Of a stretch of 64,000 bases of DNA, positions 60,545 through 64,000 are shown piece by piece; position 1 is the first letter of the stretch; the number at the start of each line of letters is the position of its first letter. The notes beneath the pieces are model-generated. The model had not been told where the DNA came from. It saw only the letters and a list, made by a program, of their open reading frames with translations, and ran no database searches. Position numbers and translations under genes: made by a program. Source of the DNA: Balanoglossus misakiensis (lineage: Eukaryota; Animalia; Hemichordata); contig CM082593.2 in NCBI GenBank assembly GCA_040954595.2, positions 11,049,477 to 11,113,476 on the forward strand, written 5' to 3'.

Positions 60545-62424
60545 GTAAGTAATCACACAACCTATATGAGTGAAAGTTTCTTGTCATTTTCGCAACGTCA
60601 AGGTTGATATTCTCTTCTTGGATCGAAAATGTGTGACACAACAAATGAATCTGCGTGGCAGGGTCGGCTGTGTCTTTTGCTTCGAGGCATAGTCGTCAGA
60701 CACACATCCCTAACACGCGAAGCCAGCTTATCCTTTGATCAAATGGCAGCGCTATTCTAAATATTTTACAGCATGCCCTAAAGGACAAACACGTGCCGCT
60801 GGAAGAGGCCAACACTCAGCAGAGACGGCAAGATGTTAACGGAGGTGAGCCCCAACAATAAATTAATATTGTTCCTTTTATTTAGAAAACGCCGCATAAT
60901 TAGCCAACCAATCATGGTTATGAGAAACCTCCAAAATACAATGTATCGATATTTACTGCATCTGTTCATACTTCGCCCGCGCTTTAAAAACCCTATAGCT
61001 GCTAAAATTGGCATATTTTTTTCCAGAGTAAAATACTTCATATGTATATTCCCTATTCCCTAAAATCTTCACCCGTGACCATTGAGCCATATTACTTGCA
61101 TTTGCATTGGTTTGTCATAACTTGGCGTCGCATTTCACGATAGCTGCTTAGCTGCTATTGTTTGTATGAAGGCTGATTAAATCGGTGAGGCACCGTTTTA
61201 ATACATAGCATGTTCCAATTGCAACATGCAGTCACAATCGGGCATCGATAAGATGTTTATGTATACCTATCAGTAAGCTTATTTTGATGAACCAATTTAA
61301 GTTGGAAAATAAAATCATGAAAATAATGCTAAAAGTGGCAGCTTTGGAGGCTTTAAACTACAGTTCTCCCAAATTGTCTTGACTAAATGACATACATGTG
61401 GTCAAAAGTTCTGACTGCAGAAGAGGTTGCAGCTGTGAGGGGGACTGTTCAATTGGAGGAAATATATTTACAAGGAATAAAGACAATATTGAAATGGCAG
61501 CAGAAATAGTTCCTACTGAAAAGAATGCTATCTGCAGTGAGTATCACAACTTTAAAATGAAAGATTTTGCAAATTTAAAAAAAATATTGAGTGTTTTGAC
61601 ATGCGTCAGTGGTCAGTAACACACAAGCTGCATGATAAGAGGGTCACGAGAAATTGTAAGCCGCAATGTATAATGGATTAACTCCATGACCTATGCGACC
61701 TACGAACTGTGACGTACAGAATTTATTTCTACGTGTAATGCGGTCTGCGGCAGTGAGCCACAGACCGCATTGCGAGAGCAGTGAGAATTCACCACAATGC
61801 AAACTTTCTGAATGTAGGTTGATCTTCGAATGAAATATTACCTTGTCACCAGTTTTCCACATGGCTACACTGTAAAATTGGGTGACGTGTTCGTTCACAA
61901 GTGGAATAATTGTGAGTAGTAAAGCACGCGAAGTTAAGCAACGAGCACGTTTTGAAATGCGCGCAGATGATCCCAGTTTAGCAAATTCAGGCCATTGCGT
62001 GCATGCAAAATAAAATAATACTGTACCGGGGGTGAGCCTACTTTCTTTCCATACAGATACACGTATATGTTGGTTAAGGTATGTGACAAACAGTTTTCAT
62101 GTAACAGCCAGTGATGCTGACCATAAAACCAGCGCAGCTGATGCTTTCATCTACAATTTGCAACATGGACGTTTGTGTCTCTGCATGTGTCGTGCATGTT
62201 ACTGCTGAACAAAAAAGATATGCGGGCACCACAGGCTGGCGAAAGCGGTGCTCACGTGCTCTGCAAGCTGATGTTGTCACTAAATTGGCAAAGTATTGTA
62301 CACATGGAGGAGTTTCTTGAGCTGTCTGTTGTATAAATGTCGGTTGTGAGTACATTATTTTTTATTTTATTTTAATAATTTTCAAAGCCCCTATGATTGA
62401 AGCATATTATTACGACTCATCCGT

Positions 62425-62514
62425 TCATCATTCATTCATTCATTCATTCATTCATTCATTCATTCATTCATTCATTCATTCATTCATTCATTCATTCATC
62501 CATTCAGTCAGTCA
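62425..62514. repeat. (TTCA)n microsatellite
   Basis: Direct reading. Confidence 0.95.
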
Positions 62515-64000
62515 CTGTACCAATTGAAGACGCCCTTGTATAGGAGAATTTAGCTATGTACTGACTGTCTTTTCATTTTTTCTTCATCCTATAGAATCTA
62601 CCGACCTGGTCGCTGTCAATAACAATTCAACTCCTTAAACATCCTGTGTGTGTGAAGTCTATGAACACTGGCCATGCATTTCAATTCAAGGACAAAATGA
62701 ATGCGCAATATTTCGTTTTATCGAGAGTAATGTGCAGTGATTAAATTTGCTAGGGCTCTCTTAGCAGATTTGGAGTTAGTCATTTTGGTAGAAACTTTTC
62801 GAGATGGGAAATCTTTGGTCATCTAACCAAGTTATTTGTATTTTTGTTATATAAGACAGAGTCATTTCTATATCATAGATGCAAGTTTAATTTATAACAT
62901 GAATTTGAATAAAATATTTTTTTTAAATATCACCACATGAATTTGAATAAAATATTTTTTTTAAATATCACCAGATTGAAATCTTTGGAAGTTTGCACTT
63001 AGAGGGATGGCATGGCAGTTTTCCACTGTTCATATTACAAAGAATTTGGCGTCACGTGTAGATTTCATGAGTGTTCGAGTTTTGCTCTTCCCAGCCTCGT
63101 ACCCACAATCCTCTGATACTTACACTTACGTCAGTTCTATAACCGCTGACCCACTAGATTCTCCTTATGAATTGCCCAAATTATTTTTTGGTATAGTTTT
63201 GATAGTTAGTGCACGGAAACTTTTGATCGATTCACGAAATTCAAAATATGTTACATCACAAACCTCATAAAAAGGAGGCTAGAGTAGCCTGTTTGTTTTC
63301 AGGTAATTTTACAATTACCTCAATTACCTTTTTTGGAGGGAGGGGGTTAAGAAAACATACAGATTGAAATAACAAGGAAGTGGTATATCAAACCGAAACC
63401 TTATCTCAATCGTGATTCTAGAGTGTTTCCATGTCATGTGACATCCACAAAAATGTGGTATTATCTTGAAAAGAGTCCCGATTTCCCAAACTGGTTTTGC
63501 GAATGTACTTCACTTTGGAGCAATGCATGAGTACATTCGTAGAAAGATATTGCTCCACTATTTACTGACACTCCTCTTGTACTGCAAATATTACTGCATT
63601 CTGTCAGGGCAAGACAAAAGACACAGCAGAACTGCCAGAATTAAAACAGACAACTGGCAATTTCAATAAAACATGTAATAACAAATATATGTAACATTGA
63701 ATGAGGTGTCCATACAGCTTGGTCATTTAAAGACCTCCAGTCATTGTGACAATGCATAAATATTTATGTACACCATATTAAAAATTAGTTCAGGCATACC
63801 TTATACATGTATGTTTTTGACTGACCATATCCTCAGCACGCCCTTTTTTTCAAAAAGACTATCATTATTCTCTGCCAGGCAGAGAGTTGCCGCTTTCTTG
63901 TTAACAATAATATACTATTATAACATTGCATAGATTCCTGTTTGTTTCTGTCCATATCTCACAAACTGTGGTGTGCATACTGTTGAAATGACCTCAAGAA

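Noticed and set aside
62897-62975. ~38-bp tandem duplication (similar short duplications at 15045-15125, 49405-49632, 35077/35717)
   Set aside because: Ordinary local duplications with no evident function.

Overview
AT-rich, repeat-dense, intron-containing animal genomic DNA. The repeat and gene content fits a marine invertebrate, but the species cannot be determined from the sequence. Layout: (1) 1-3552, an 82-bp satellite with an 11-mer higher-order repeat. (2) 9443-18553 (-), 15 exons (~860 aa) of an SVEP1/Uninflatable-like single-pass membrane protein (pentraxin/LamG, HYR, sushi, furin site, 4 Ephrin_rec_like repeats, 2 EGF, TM, NPxY tail); no 5' exons were recognised, and one splice acceptor reads CAT instead of CAG. 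(3) 20.7-41.1 kb, a nested inverted-repeat complex carrying three rearranged copies of a 5-exon RPA-like OB-fold gene; no copy is complete, but together they give a continuous phase-compatible ORF. The complex also holds tRNA-like heads, TATG/CATG microsatellites, a 309-bp tandem array, a truncated Gypsy element and a LINE fragment. (4) 41.1-42.5 kb, a GC-rich coding-like island. (5) 42480-47359 (-), a full-length Mag-type Gypsy element with near-identical LTRs but a disabled pol. (6) MITE/HINE-like repeats, and at ~60.4 kb a TATA box plus a signal-peptide first exon. All coordinates were read by eye; no searches were run.
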